Of a stretch of 64,000 bases of DNA, positions 48,772 through 61,693 are shown in pieces; within the stretch, counting starts at the first letter, position 1, and each line of letters starts with the position of its first letter. Under the pieces are notes generated by a model that was given only the letters and a program-made list of their open reading frames with translations, searched no databases and was not told the origin of the DNA. The stretch comes from Azolla caroliniana. Lineage: Eukaryota > Plantae > Polypodiophyta. The position numbers were made by a program, and so were the translations under genes. The DNA is taken from contig JBHGNT010000014.1 in assembly GCA_043228905.1 (NCBI GenBank), forward strand, positions 12,028,001 through 12,092,000, given 5' to 3'.

Positions 48772-51700
48772 TGATTTGGCAAGCCCCACTAGTTCGGCAA
48801 ATCGAGCCACGTAGCAGCCGAGACAAAGAAGACGAACGATGGCGATGAGAGGAGCGATATCGACCGAAACAAGATGTCCGGTCGGACAATCGGCGAGACA
48901 ACTATGACCGGTATAAGAGATATGACAAGTACCAAGATTACAATGGACGGTATGAGCATCACAACCGGGATCACTCCCCCGGGTATCACCAACGACGGGA
49001 AGATTACGGGAGGTATGACGACCAACCCCAGCAAGGGTACCGCAACAAAAAGAACTTTAAAAAATGGCATTTCAAAAATGGGAGCCACCCACGAGAACCG
49101 GAAAAAGGCGCCTCAAGCAGCCAACCGGACCAGAGCCCCGCGGTTACCACAAGTCCTCCACTGGGTACAGGAAATAATGCCGAATCCAGCAACACCCGGA
49201 AAGCATATTGCTATTACTGCCGGCAAGAAGGACATTATAGTAATCAATGTCCGGCAAAGAGCTATGATAAGCGACCGACAGTAAACATGGTAGTCGCTGA
49301 AGTCACAGACCTCCACCAGGTCACCACAAGGTCAAAGGGCAAGATGACGAAATGGGAGACACAAGAGGCCATCCGGAAACAGGCGACGGAATGGGTGAAA
49401 AAGGAAAACGAGCAAAACATAGCAGAACTCGCGCAGCAAAAGGAGAACACCAAGGAGCTCGCCGACGGCAGTCAGTCCGAAAATGCGACATGGCAGGCAT
49501 TGCATGAATGCCAGATCACGTTGCCGTTAGGACGACTCTTGCAGCTAGTACCAAGATTCACAGAAGGACTCAAGCCCGGCATAACGACCGGCGGCACACC
49601 ACCGGCTCCGACATTCTTCTCAAATCCGGAGGAAGGACCGGCCGTGGTGGACACCAATAGTCCGGCAATTACGACCATTGTGAAAGGGAATGAAGTCCCC
49701 GGCACGATAATAGACGGAGGCTCCGGCGTTAATGTAATCAGCCTCGGACGTGCGATGCTCTTGGAATCCAAGAGTGGGAGCCCTGTCCGTTCTGGCTCCG
49801 AATGGCGGACACAAGCTCAGTGCGACCGACAGGATTAATACGGAACTTGGAAGTAACCATCGGGGGCCACACATTCCAAATCTCAGCCGTAGTTCTCCAG
49901 TTGCAGGCTCAAGGAGCGTACCCATTATTGCTGGGACGCCCTTGGTTAAAGACAACACATATCAAGCAGAACTGGAGGAGGAATATGATTACGTTCCGGC
50001 GGGGAAAAGCGATGGTACGGGTACCAACACAACCAAGGAAGGGCACCGGCAAGGATCTGACACCGTTATATGCGGAGTGTGTCAATATGCTGGAAGGATT
50101 AGCAGATGAAGAAGAAGAGTAGTACTTGTTGGAGAACCCGAAGATTGTACTCCTATTCGAAATTGATGTCGCCGAAGTGGTATCACCCTACTTACTGCAA
50201 CCGGACGAAACCAAAGCGGAACCGGATAAAGAAGCAATCTGGGAGTTACGGCATGCGTAGGAGGCGTTGGAAAGGGAAATGGTTGTATCCCAACGCGTAA
50301 AAGCGTCCCAATTAGAAGAGGTAAATCTAGGAACGGTAGAGGAGGCAAAACCGGTGCACATCGCCAAAGAAATGAATGTAGAGAACAAAACGGCGATAAT
50401 TACACTCCTCAACGAGTTTTGCGACGTATTTGCCTGGTCTTACGAGGATATGAGAGGCCTGGATCCTCAGTTGTATCAGCATCAGATACATCTGAGCAAA
50501 GACGCCAAGCCGGTAGCACAACGTTGATACCGGATGAACCCAAACTATGCCGCCAAAGTCAAGGAGGAGATCGACAAATTGCTGAGGGTTGGCTTCATCT
50601 GTCCCGTAAAGAAGTCTACATGGTTGAGCCCAATCGTAGTCGTACCGAAAAAGAACGGCAAAATTAGAGTTTGTGTCGACTACCGGAAGCTCAATGCGGC
50701 AACGGTAACAGATGCATTTCCCCTTCCGTTTACGGATGGAGTTTTGGATGTCGTCGCCGGCCAGGAAGTCGACAGTTTCTTAGACAGATTTAGCGGGTAT
50801 AATCAGATCTGGATGCACCCTGAGGATCAAGAGAAAACGGCTTTCGTCACCGAATGGGGAGTGTTTGTTGCGGTGGTGATGATGTTCGGGCTGAAAATGG
50901 CACCAACAACATTCCAACGGATCATCATGGAGATCTTTGGCGAATACATACCGGCTTTTATGCAGGTGTTCCTTGACGACTTCGCCGTCTATAGCAGAGA
51001 AGTAGATCATTTGCAGCATCTCAGACTATGTCTAGAGAAGTGTAGGACGTACCGGCTAAGCCTGAATCCGGCGAAGTGTGTATTTGGAGTGTCCAGCGGA
51101 ACGCTACTAGGGCATATAGTGAGCAAGGAAGGCATTTCCGTAGATCCGGACAAAGTGAAAGCAATCCTGGAAGCACCGGCAACGGCAACGGCAAAGGCAT
51201 TGAGCCATTTCTTAGGACAAATCCGCTGGCATGGCCGTATGCTCCGATATTTGGCAGACCTGGCTACACCTCTACATGCGGCAGTACATCGAACACCGTT
51301 CCAATGGACCGACATCAAAGACAAGGCGTACCAGGCACTAAAGGTGTTATTGTCACAAGCACCGGTAGTGCAGCCTACGGATTGGAGTAAAGAGTTTTAT
51401 GTGTTCATGGACGCCTCCGATATCGCAATCGGCAGCGCACTCATGCAGCTTACCGAGCCAAGGTGGTACCGGCCAATGTACTATGCTAGCCGGAAGTTAT
51501 CCCAAGCGGAACAAAATTATTCTACCATGGAAAGGGAAGCTTTAAGAATGATCTACAGTGTAACAAAATTCAGGCATTATTTATTGGGAAGAAAGTTCTC
51601 CTTCCATGTGAATCATTCGGCACTCCTCTACCTAGTATCTAAAGCGTCACTTACCGGTAAGTTGGCCCGGTGGACTTTGTTGTTGCAAGAGTTCGAATTC

Positions 51701-53278
51701 GAGATATTCCACCAACCCAACATACAGCATGCGGTAGCAGATTATCTAAGCTGGTTAGATTCCGGGGAGACATGTGACGGAGTACCAGACGAGTTTCCGG
51801 ATGCAGAACTTTTTCGAGTCACCACGGAAACGGCAACAGATGAAACGGTGGCACAAGAAGATAAGTGGCTAACTAATATGCACCAGTTTCTGAGTACCGG
51901 ATTGCTTCCGGAGGAGATGAACCGGGACGAGAGAAAATGCCTGGCGGTACAGAGCCGGCACTTCTGTTTATTATAGGACACGTTATACCACAAAGGTGCA
52001 GACGGTATTTGGTGATGAGCAATGCGCAGCGACGAGAAGGAGGTAATACTACGGGAGGCACACTGCAGAGTCGCCGAAGGCCATTATGCCGGAGATGCGA
52101 CGGCAAGGAAAGTATGGCAAAGTGGCCTATGGTGGCCGACCACATTGAAAGATGCAGTCCGGTATGTGAAGGAGTGTGATCTATGCCAACTAATGGGTCA
52201 GCCAACGGAACAAGCTCAGATGCCACACCAGCCAGTCCTACCACTAGAACCATTCCAGAAATGGGGGCTAGATTTTGTTGGGCCATTTAAACCACCGGCA
52301 ATGAGAACCGGAAACCGGTACGTGATCGTCACGACGGATTACTACACTAAGTGGGTGGAAGCGAAAGCCCTACGAGACAACACCGCGGTGTCAACGGCAA
52401 AATTCTTATACGAATGCATTTGGTGCCAGTACGGATGCCCCATAGAGCTAATAAGAAACCAAGGAGGGCACTTTCTTGGACAGATGGTAGAAAGTTTGAC
52501 GACGTTCTATGCAGTAGTACATAAATGAAGCACACCGTACTATCCGCAAGCAAATGGGTTAGCTGAGTCAACGAACAAAACGCTCTAGAATATCCTCCGG
52601 AAGATCGTCAATGAAAATCAGACAGATTGGGACACGAAGCTGCACAGTGCGCTCTGGGCTTACTGGACAGCGTACAAAACAAGCATCCGAACAACATCGT
52701 TCCGGTTAGCATTCGGATTAGAGGCAGTCATGCCGGTCGAGTTCTAGGTACCAAGCTTACGGATTCAGATTCGGGAACGATTGAACGAAAAGGAATCGGA
52801 GGCAATTCGGTTAAAGGCTCTGTGTGAACTGGAAGAACACCAACTGGTGAGCATTATGCACCTGGAATTGGAATAACGGAGACGGAAAGCATTTGTAGAT
52901 CGGCATTGGAAGGGAAACGAAAAGATGTTCGGAACCGGCAAGCCGGTACTCGTGTTCTAGACCCGGATGGGCAAAATGCCAGGTAAACTACGGTTTAGAT
53001 GAACCGGACCATACTGGATCACACGCGAGTTCAATGGGTCCTACTAGTTGGGGACACTTGCCGGAGAAGTGTTGGGAAAATGGGTCAACGGATTTCGACT
53101 AAAACCATACAAAGGACCTATGCCTAAGAACCCATTTGAACGAAGGGCCGCCACCGAATCAGACACCGGCAGGCCAACCATAATGGCAACCGGTGAAGAC
53201 GACGGCTACCACCAAGCCAATAAGGAGGAGCATGAGCCGGAAACCGAGGAGAGCAAAACGACGGCAAACCGTCAATAG
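48772..53278 (+). pseudogene. Gag C-part, protease, RT, RNase H and integrase of D
   Basis: CYYCRQEGHYSNQC, IIDGGSGVNVI, RVCVDYRKLN, VFLDDF, DASDIAIGSAL, WGLDFVGPF, WVNGFRLKPY. Confidence 0.92.
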
Positions 53279-53731
53279 GCCGGAAAGTTGCACGTTTCGG
53301 GTAAAGGTCCGACAGGACCGGAGAAAAATTAACCACACAAGTAATTAAAAAAGAAAAGAAAAGGAGTGAATCAAATAAATCATGGAAAGGAGTGGTGGAA
53401 ACGGCCATGCACACGAGGAGTAAAGAGGCACGTCGGAAAGGTACGAGGAGCTATGAATAGGACATTAAACCACCGCCACATGGCACTTAATGCTATTATA
53501 GTACACGACTTGCACATGCGGAGGCTCGAAAAAGGCGCCAAGATGCAGAGAGAAAAATCCCCACGCATAGAGACCTTCTCCTATTGCGAACCAAGGAGAA
53601 CAGATGCAGAGCGACGCGTGAAGATCAATCGTAGAGAGCTCGCACACAGAGAACCCCCTCCCTCAAAACTTTCTCTCTCACACTCTCCCCACCATCAAAC
53701 CTTGCCAATACTCTCCGACCTCGACGCAGAG

Positions 53732-56428
53732 ATGGACTGCCAAACGTTGTCTGAAGCCGCCAAGAAATGGTTACGGCAGCACGGGCTGGAGGGTTTCTTA
53801 ACGATCATGGAGGCGGCGTCACACAAGGAGGCCAAAAAGATTATAAAAGAAATCGACACGGAGGTGATCACGGAGGAGGCGATTCGTTCGTTAATAGGCC
53901 ATCCGGAGGGAGGCATCTACACGATCGACAATCCTACCTCCGAGCAACTCATCAAATACTTCGGTGAGTACTCTCTAGCCAGCAAGGGCTACAGGACACA
54001 GGGCGGCGAAGATATGCTATTCCGCGAAATTGCCCGAGTGCTCCATGAGTTCGGCCGCGTGTACCCTCAACCCCCCGTCGTGCCTCAGAACCGAGCAGGC
54101 TTGATCATTGCAACGTACGAAGGGGTCAAGGTAGATTGGCCGGTGTTGATCGTCGACGGGCTGTGTACGACGATTGATATAGTAAGAGGAAAGGACGGCA
54201 AGGAAAGCCGGAAAATATGGCATGCGGTGACACAATGGCTCACCCTGTTGGCACCACCGATCGAGCCTGTCCAAACCAAGAAGCGGGGAAGAGCAACGGA
54301 CGGCACCCCGAAACCTGCTTCGAAACAGCAACAACTGTTGGCCTCCAAGGCCACTAAGGGGAAGACTGTCGACGCAGAGAAGGCGGCGAAGGAGCGCGCG
54401 AGCTGGAAGCGGCCGACGGATGCAAGTGAGGAGACATCGGCATGGCCCCTGAAGAGCCTACTCCACCGACCGGTGCAACAGGAAACAGACACCCTGGCAG
54501 CAAGAATGAATGTCGGGACTCAGGCGGAAGAAATGGAGGAAGAACCCACGGAGCACCTCCATCGGCGGCCAGTGAAGAGCACTGTTGAATCAGCCGGGAA
54601 GTGTTCGGACCCACAGAAGGATGGAATGCCTGCAACTCACGCTTAGCATCCCATGCCAAGGGAGGTACCAGAAGTCCCTGCACAACAGGTAGCACCGGCA
54701 AGCCCCGTAACTCAAGAGTCAGATATACAAAGGCCAACCTTCCCAACCGGCCAAGAACAAGCAGACAAGGGGCGACTAGCCGAAACACACTCAGAGCCGG
54801 AACGACAAAGTGGTTAGCTGGTAGAACCAGAAGTGCAGCTCGACGCAGTAAGGCGGGACCAGCCACCAGCCAACTCTTCGTGCAAGCGCAACAACAGTGC
54901 ACCGGCAACCAATGGCTTCGGTGGATAGGAGACCAAATTGTCGGAGTAGTCGGATGCATAGAGGAGGAGGAAAGAGCGCAAACGGAACGGTTGCTCGTCA
55001 CAACCGATGAACTGGAGACGGCCCGGTCAAGGATCCGTTGCCTCGAACAAGACTTGGATCAGATCACAGGAGATCCAAGCATCGGTGACTCCGGTTAATG
55101 TACAGAGGAATAAGACCTCGGAGACACAAACTATCCCGAAAAAAGATGCGGCGCAAGCCCAAGAGCTTGCGGAATTACGAGATGAGCTCGCCGCACAAGA
55201 AGCATTACGAAGCCGCGAACGCGACTTGAAGAAGGCGGCCGAAGAAGAATTAAAAAAGACTGTTGAGAACCTTCGCCGGGCAGAGGAAAACCTGCGTAAA
55301 GGACATCATGCTTACGACCGGCTGAAGGAGGAAAAAGAGAAATTGTTGTAGGAAAAAGACAAGCTACGATAGATGGCGGAAACGGAAGTCGAGAGGCTGA
55401 AGGAAGAGCTCTTGCAACAGAAGGACCGGGAGGATCGCGTGCGTCGGCAGATCAACCAAAGGCTGAAGCAAAAGACCGATGATTTTGATCATCTGCATCG
55501 GGACTACAGGCAGCTGGAGACGGAGCATAAGCAACAACAGGAACGGATGGCCGAGCTGCGGCAAGAAGTTGATAGGGCCACAACAGCACTCGCCGAAGAA
55601 CGAGCGGAAAGTTCCAAGCTATTGGAGGAAGCGGCGAATGACCGGATGGAGCTCCACAAACAAAACCATGAAGACAAGGAAAGAGCAACAATGGTATTAC
55701 AGAGGTTGCAAACAACCTATCAAAATCAATTGTCGCATTATAGGGAGCAGGAGGCGGACACGGTTCGGATCATCAAGCAATTGAAGGAAGAGCGACAAGC
55801 CGCAGAAAATAAATCACAGATGGGAGCCGAACGAATCCAGTGCATCCTCCGGTCATGGCTCACTAAGACCAAAAGCTTGATTGACGACAGCTCGGTGCGT
55901 TGGTGGGCGAAATGGGCGCAGAATACGGCGGAACTCCAATTGCTTAGGGCGGATGTGGAAAACCGGCGAAAGGAGGGCGACGACTGTTATACGCTGACCT
56001 CGGAGGACTTCAACGCCATAAGGGATGAGTTGGCGGAAGATTTCACAGCCCTGGCGAATGAACAATTGGTGTAGGTCCAACAGCTCGTAGCTCAACTGGA
56101 CGACGATCGGCTGGAGGCTAAAATCCAGTTCGAAAGCTATGAGCGGTCCAGGCTCCAGGAAGAAAAAGCGCGAAAGGCGGCAACGGTCAACCTTAGTGAT
56201 GAGGAACCGTCGCCGGTGCAAGGACCGGAGGGGGAACAGGCTGGCGTTAGTCAGCCACAGACAACTCCGACGGAGGAACCAACGAAGGAAACGCCAGTGC
56301 CAGAGCGAAAAACGGAGCCACAGCCACAAACGGAACAATAGCAACAACCACAACAACAACAATAGATTCCCGACGAGCCATTGGAAATTTTGGAGCAAAG
56401 CATTCTAGACATTTTGGACGAAGGATAA
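53732..56428 (+). pseudogene. Extra ORF (ORF3) of D, degenerate, about 900 codons
   Basis: MDCQTLSEAAKKWLRQHGLEGFL start; globular N-domain, low-complexity linker, long E/K/R/Q coiled-coil-like region (55007-56074); ends ILDILDEG*. Confidence 0.82.
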
Positions 56429-56440
56429 ACGGGCCGGATA

Positions 56441-56480
56441 ATGGGTTCGACGTACAAGGTACTGTCCCACGGGCGTGCCA
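56441..56480 (+). other. tRNA-Arg 3'-end-like motif (inverted PBS) at the PPT position of D
   Basis: ATGGGTTCGACGTACAAGGTACTGTCCCACGGGCGTGCCA, ending 2 nt before the LTR start fixed by the LTR pair. Confidence 0.88.
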
Positions 56481-56947
56481 TGTGTTACCGACCGGCAAGA
56501 AGGCTTAAGGAGGTCCAAACCACAGTGTGAAAGGAATAGTTATTCAGGAACTGTTGTAATTAGTAGTCTTAATATATATATTAATATATAAGAAGATGTG
56601 GACGGACGGACCAGAATCGGTAAGCCGATCCGGATCCGGAATGATCCCGTAAAGGTGCCGGTTGGCACCGTTTTGTATTTCGCACCGGAGACCTATATAA
56701 AGGCCCGGTTACAATGTAATCAGGAGCGGATAATTAATAAAGCTTATTGTCTTAATCTTCCAGTGTTGATTACCATTCTGTATTCATTGTTATATCTTAC
56801 GCGTGTTAATTACGGATTGCTAAGTAACCAATTAAGGTCTAATTAAGCGTTGTGCCGTAAATCATTATGCCGTACCACCCTTTGGTAAAGTGTCTTAAGT
56901 GGACACCCTGTGTTAGGCTGTTGTCCGGCCCTAGCAATAACAAAGAA

Positions 56948-57726
56948 CTATTTCAACTACCTCTTTGAAGGATTTGGGATCCTTATCATGCATATCCAGT
57001 GATAGTCAGAATTGGGGATGCCATTAACAAAACAAGCTATCAACCAATTGTCCATCTCTAGACTCGAATTTTGAATTTGTGTTCTAGCATGGTGAATGTA
57101 ATCTTCTAGCGATGAAAACTTCCGGCGAAAGAGGTTCATTAAAGCTTGTGCTGCCTCGGTTGGAGATGGAGGTTGCAAAAATTGACCCTTGAAAACTGTG
57201 ACAAAGTCTGTCCAAGTATCAGGCAATTTCCCCAAGTGTGGAGCCCACACCACCAGGTGGCGGCCTTACGCCCTAGTTCTTGACCTACATATGCAATCTT
57301 CGTACTATCTAGCTTCAGATAGAGCTCAAAATGAGACTCCCATCGGCCTAGCCACGTGTAAATTGCTTCTTCGGTCCTTTTTTTCTCCCGTAAATGGTTT
57401 TACAACAAATGATGGTTCACCTTGACACTTATCGGGTCTATTAGTATCACGTTGTATATTAATGAGACGTGCCTCGAGAGCACTATGAGATTGTCGAAGT
57501 TTGGAAATCTTGTCCAAGGTAAAATTAAGCAAATTTTGTATTTGTATAAAATACAACTCAATGGGATAGGCCTAGGAGGATTTCCTTGAATTCCTTCCGC
57601 TTGGGCGGATGCCATCAGGTCGTTATTATGAGCCATTGAATGATAATTTTTGGCAAATAAATAGGATAAGGTCAGACAAATAGTCATAACATCATGTTGT
57701 GATGTAAACATATCATGGGCAAACAT
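56948..57726 (-). pseudogene. Host gypsy gag N-part
   Basis: VKPFTGEKK, TWTDFVTVFKGQFL, SLEDYIHH, FVNGIP. Confidence 0.7.
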
Positions 57727-58312
57727 TAATCGATCTCACGTCAATACCCCTCTAGATGTATGAGATGAGGTTCAAGATCAGGTTATTATGGTAACACAAA
57801 GGTGTTTTAAAAACCATGGGGGTGACAAATGAATGTCTTTCCCTGATCTCTATATCGATTTTCTCATGGCGGCTCCCAAGGCTCAACCATGTATGTTCGC
57901 GTCATGAATAGTTTATACACGAAAAAATGTTAACAATAAACTATGCCTTTGTGCCCACCCATGTGGTTTCAGCTCTTTAAGTTCTATTACAAGGACCCTG
58001 AATTGCACTTAGACCTAAAGTCTAAACATGTTTTATAGTCATATGTATGAATAATGTTGTATAGTCTTGGTCATATTTGAACTCGAGACCTCGAGAACAA
58101 ATACTTAAGCTAACCAAATGGTTTGCTCCATTTGAATGTTCAATGTTTATGCATATGCCCATATATCTTTTTTAAAAGAAAACATGTGTCTTGCGAAGGC
58201 ATTTGCCCATATATGTTTTTTAAAAGAAAACATATGTGTCTAGAAACCTTATTTCCCCCTCCTTAACAAGAGACAACTATGTTGGTACGTTACCCAACCT
58301 CAAGTCCCATCA

Positions 58313-58483
58313 TTACAATGGCATACCATAAGGAGCAACCTAATGGTCAAGCCAAGAGTAGCCAACTTTTTGTAGTAGGCCCACGTGGCCCATCACATGG
58401 TTACAATGGCATACCATAAGGAGCAACATAATGGTCAAGCCAAGAGTAGCCAACTTTTTGTAGTAGGCCCACGTGGCCCATCA
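58313..58483. repeat. Direct duplication, period 88 bp, two copies
   Basis: TTACAATGGCATACCATAAGGAGCAAC..GGCCCATCA at 58313 and 58401. Confidence 0.9.
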
Positions 58484-58859
58484 TTAAATGTCTTTCGTAA
58501 TGATTATCTCATGGTGGCATTGTAATCATGTAACGAGTGAGGGATGTTGGATGTGTGTGTCATAGGGGCGACCTCAAATGAAGTGGATCAAGCCCTTACG
58601 TGTAGCGAAATCGAGGTGGCCAAGGGGAATAACAAAAATAAATTTGTTTAAAGGATGGTGACTATGCCTTTCTCACAAAAAATGTGAAGGTAGCCACCAG
58701 TTCCTTTCCCCTAAAAGGACAACGTTCGATATTCTAGAATCACATAATAAGCACTAATACACATATTTATGTTTATCACATGTATACAATTAAATACGTA
58801 TACATGTGATTACATATGCATATATTAAAAAAATCGTAACATAATATAACCAACGAATG

Positions 58860-59135
58860 ATGTAATCGAGATACGCAATCGAGGCATATAGCTTCTACAC
58901 ACACGAAACATCCAAAATAAGGGTGAACATAATACGCAATTGAGGTATTGACCTCTTACGTATACACCACCAATCGCATATCATTTACATAGAAATCGAG
59001 GTATTGATCTCATACGCATATGTAACATATGTATGTGAACATAACATGTAATTGAGGTATTAACCGCATACGCATATGACACAAATCACATATCAAATAT
59101 ATCTCAAATGAGGTATTGACCTCATACACATATGT
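58860..59135. repeat. Degenerate ~55-60 bp tandem array
   Basis: Recurrent AAT(C/T)GAGGTATTGAcctcaTACGCATA core, about five times. Confidence 0.65.
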
Positions 59136-59392
59136 ATACGTTTTATACGATCAATTATTTCCACTACAACATAACAACATAATTGAATCAATAAAAAAAG
59201 TACATATTGACTATACATGATTAGGTGGGGAGAAGAAAGAATAGAAAAAAAATTAAGAAAGAGATACCGAAGTTCCTTTGTTGATAGTTATCTGGATCAA
59301 GCTCGATCGCACATCGATCGATCACCATCCAACAAGAAGAAGAAAAAAACAATCAACAAAAGAAACATTAGAATAAAAGCTCAAATACCAAC

Positions 59393-59700
59393 TGTTAGAG
59401 TCATTTCCTAATGTAAGCATATGATAAGGAATTAATGGATAGATAGATACAAAGGAGAGAGAGAAAGAAGGGTGTTGATCCACCTGATCACCCCCAAACG
59501 AAGGGATCAAGACGGACTCGAGCCTAGATCAGCATCCCATACCACCGGCGAAGCATCGAGTTGTACCTGGTACTGGTGCACTTGCTACAAGAGTTTGATC
59601 CACCACAAGGCCAAAGTCTCAACGTAGTCAAGATGTGTCAAATGACGGTAGCTAGGCCTCATATTTATAGCTAGACCTAAGGCCCCCAGGCAAGCTCACA
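59393..59700 (-). repeat. Probable 5' LTR (minus) with degenerate Met PBS at 59379-59390
   Basis: GCTCAAATACCA-AC-TGTTAG junction; minus-strand CTATAAATA near 59662-59670; TGTTAG/CTCACA termini. Right boundary tentative. Confidence 0.6.
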
Positions 59701-61693
59701 CTTGACCTTAATTGATTTCATCTTGATAGCTTGTTTATTTATTGATTTTTCAATTGTTTTCATTTTATTCTTACACTTGAGCTGATCATTATTATTTTAA
59801 GATTAAAACCCAATTTCATTAGATTAGTATGCTTAATAATTATGAAAAACTATGTTTAACCATCACTAATATTAACATTATTTGTTATTAAATCATTATT
59901 ATAATAACTTGTTTATAGTATATTATTAAAAACATTAAGGCTTAGTATAACTAACCTTGAATATGTTAGCAATTATAATATTTAGTGTTATACATTAATA
60001 CGTTATTTAAAATTTCTGGTCTTAATAGTAAGGTTAATATTAAGTTTCATAATAGTTTGTGCCTTATTATGAGCACATAATTAATAGTTAATTAGTGTCA
60101 ATTAATAAGAAGAAAGTGTAATTTAGTTGGAAAATTTGCGCACTACACATTAAAAATATGTATGCATTTCCTAAGGTAAAAGAGGAAATACATTAATACG
60201 AAGAAATACACTGATTCTAAGCGCACAAGTGGAAAATTTGTGTCCTTAACGATGTTTGCCAATTTCATTGAGCTAGACATTAGTTTTTGTCTCTTGTGAT
60301 TTCACAACCAAGTCTTTGGAACTAAGGCACATTAATAGCATCAAACATTTTCAAACTAATAATGCCCTTTTGTGGATGGTCCCTCCAACGAGGATATCTA
60401 TGTTTATCAGAATAGTAAAGTAGTAGCTCAATAAATGAAAAGGTTCAATGGAAGGCGACATAGTCACCACTTTTAAGGGGGACTGGCATTGAAAGCACAC
60501 CTCCCAATATAACTATTGCCTTGTGTATAACCTTTATTATGGTTAGCATTTTTCGCAAAGGAACAATTGGAACTACAAGTGTATTATTTGCTAATTGTTA
60601 ATCGCTCCATCTAAGAAATTGAATAAGGGATTATAGACCTATATCTTCCTTCTCAATCACATACCCCCTATCTATTGTGTATTGAACCTATCACTAGCTT
60701 TATTAACATGATTACTCAACTATACTCATACTTCATTCACATGGAGGAAGAATATATGCCTACTATTGACCAATCGCTAGCTCCATTAACTTGATTACTT
60801 AACCATTGTCATGCTTCATTCACATGGGGGAAGAATATGTGTATATATATGCCTACTATTGACCACTTAGGTGTAAGGCCAACATTGATGACAAGCCATG
60901 GAATATATAGCAATGTCCAGTTCCACGTCAACCACCGACGTGATAGTGAAACACATTGCACGAGTGTTTGGAGGCTAGTTAAGGCTCTATAGTACACTTT
61001 CATTCATCAAAGTCATGATCAATTGTCCTATATAATATTGCAACCAACTTTCATGTGAGGATTCCAATTGGTGCACTCAAGGCTACACGTATGTATATGT
61101 AAAAGTATTATAAAAGTGCACCAACTATTTATACATCTCAAATATATAATTGGCTATGAAAACTACACAATATACCTAATGCAATACTTCACAAAAAGAA
61201 GGCAAATTGTTACATTGTAACATCATAATACACATGAAATGTAAGACACTAAACCTCTTTGGTGATTCCATCCTACCTTTGTCATTGTTCATTCCCATGG
61301 TATCAAAGCAAGTCACACATACATAAAACAATTTGATGAGTCCTTGACTTAGCAATCGATTCATCTACGAATCAAAGTGTCGTTGAAGTCACCCCGAATC
61401 TAATCTTGTAATTTAACATGGCAAATTCCTCTTAATCATCATTAATTAGTGCAGTCTTTTAATCATCATTAATTCTAGTGTGATGCCAAAGCAGAAGGTC
61501 AAGGTAATAACTAGCATCTTGTTCATGCCAAAAAGAAAAGAAAAAACAGGACCTGGAACTTAAGTGACATGGCATTGTAGGCATCACTTGGATTTTGGAT
61601 AGTTAGGCAGGCAATTCTTATTCCTGTTGTTACATATGATTGATCATCAGGCATATATTCACATACACAAAGTATCCTATATGTTATTAGAAT

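Larger units (their letters stand above)
41482..56942 (+). mobile_element. Ty3/gypsy non-chromovirus element D (relative of B), full length, with extra 3' ORF
   Basis: 460-bp LTRs 41482-41941 and 56483-56942 (about 8 differences); TSD AAGAA (41477-41481, 56943-56947); PBS TGGCGACCAC 41949-41958; no PPT. Confidence 0.97.
4130..59700 (-). mobile_element. Old fragmented chromovirus-like Ty3/gypsy host element (outermost layer)
   Basis: Collinear minus-strand pieces: probable 5' LTR 59393-59700 with degenerate Met PBS; gag 56943-57720 (PDTWTDFVTVFKGQFL); zinc knuckle FCVLCKKKGHTKEQC across 41344/40684; PR-RT-RNase H 38987-40500 (IFLDDIL, DAVLYQDGKPIAF); integrase 4130-5008 (FYWPKM, VVDQLTKMAKFI, TDRDPNFTS). 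Assigning the LTR to this element is inference. Confidence 0.75.

Noticed and set aside
53366-53731. N-terminal extension of ORF3 given in the ORF track
   Set aside because: Starts at GTG and has no counterpart in B; homology begins at ATG 53732.
53732-56428. Envelope gene
   Set aside because: No signal peptide, transmembrane helix or Cys pattern visible.
59700-61690. Gene or element in the AT-rich region downstream of OFP
   Set aside because: Only short ORFs and a small local duplication near 60735-60865; no supportable feature.
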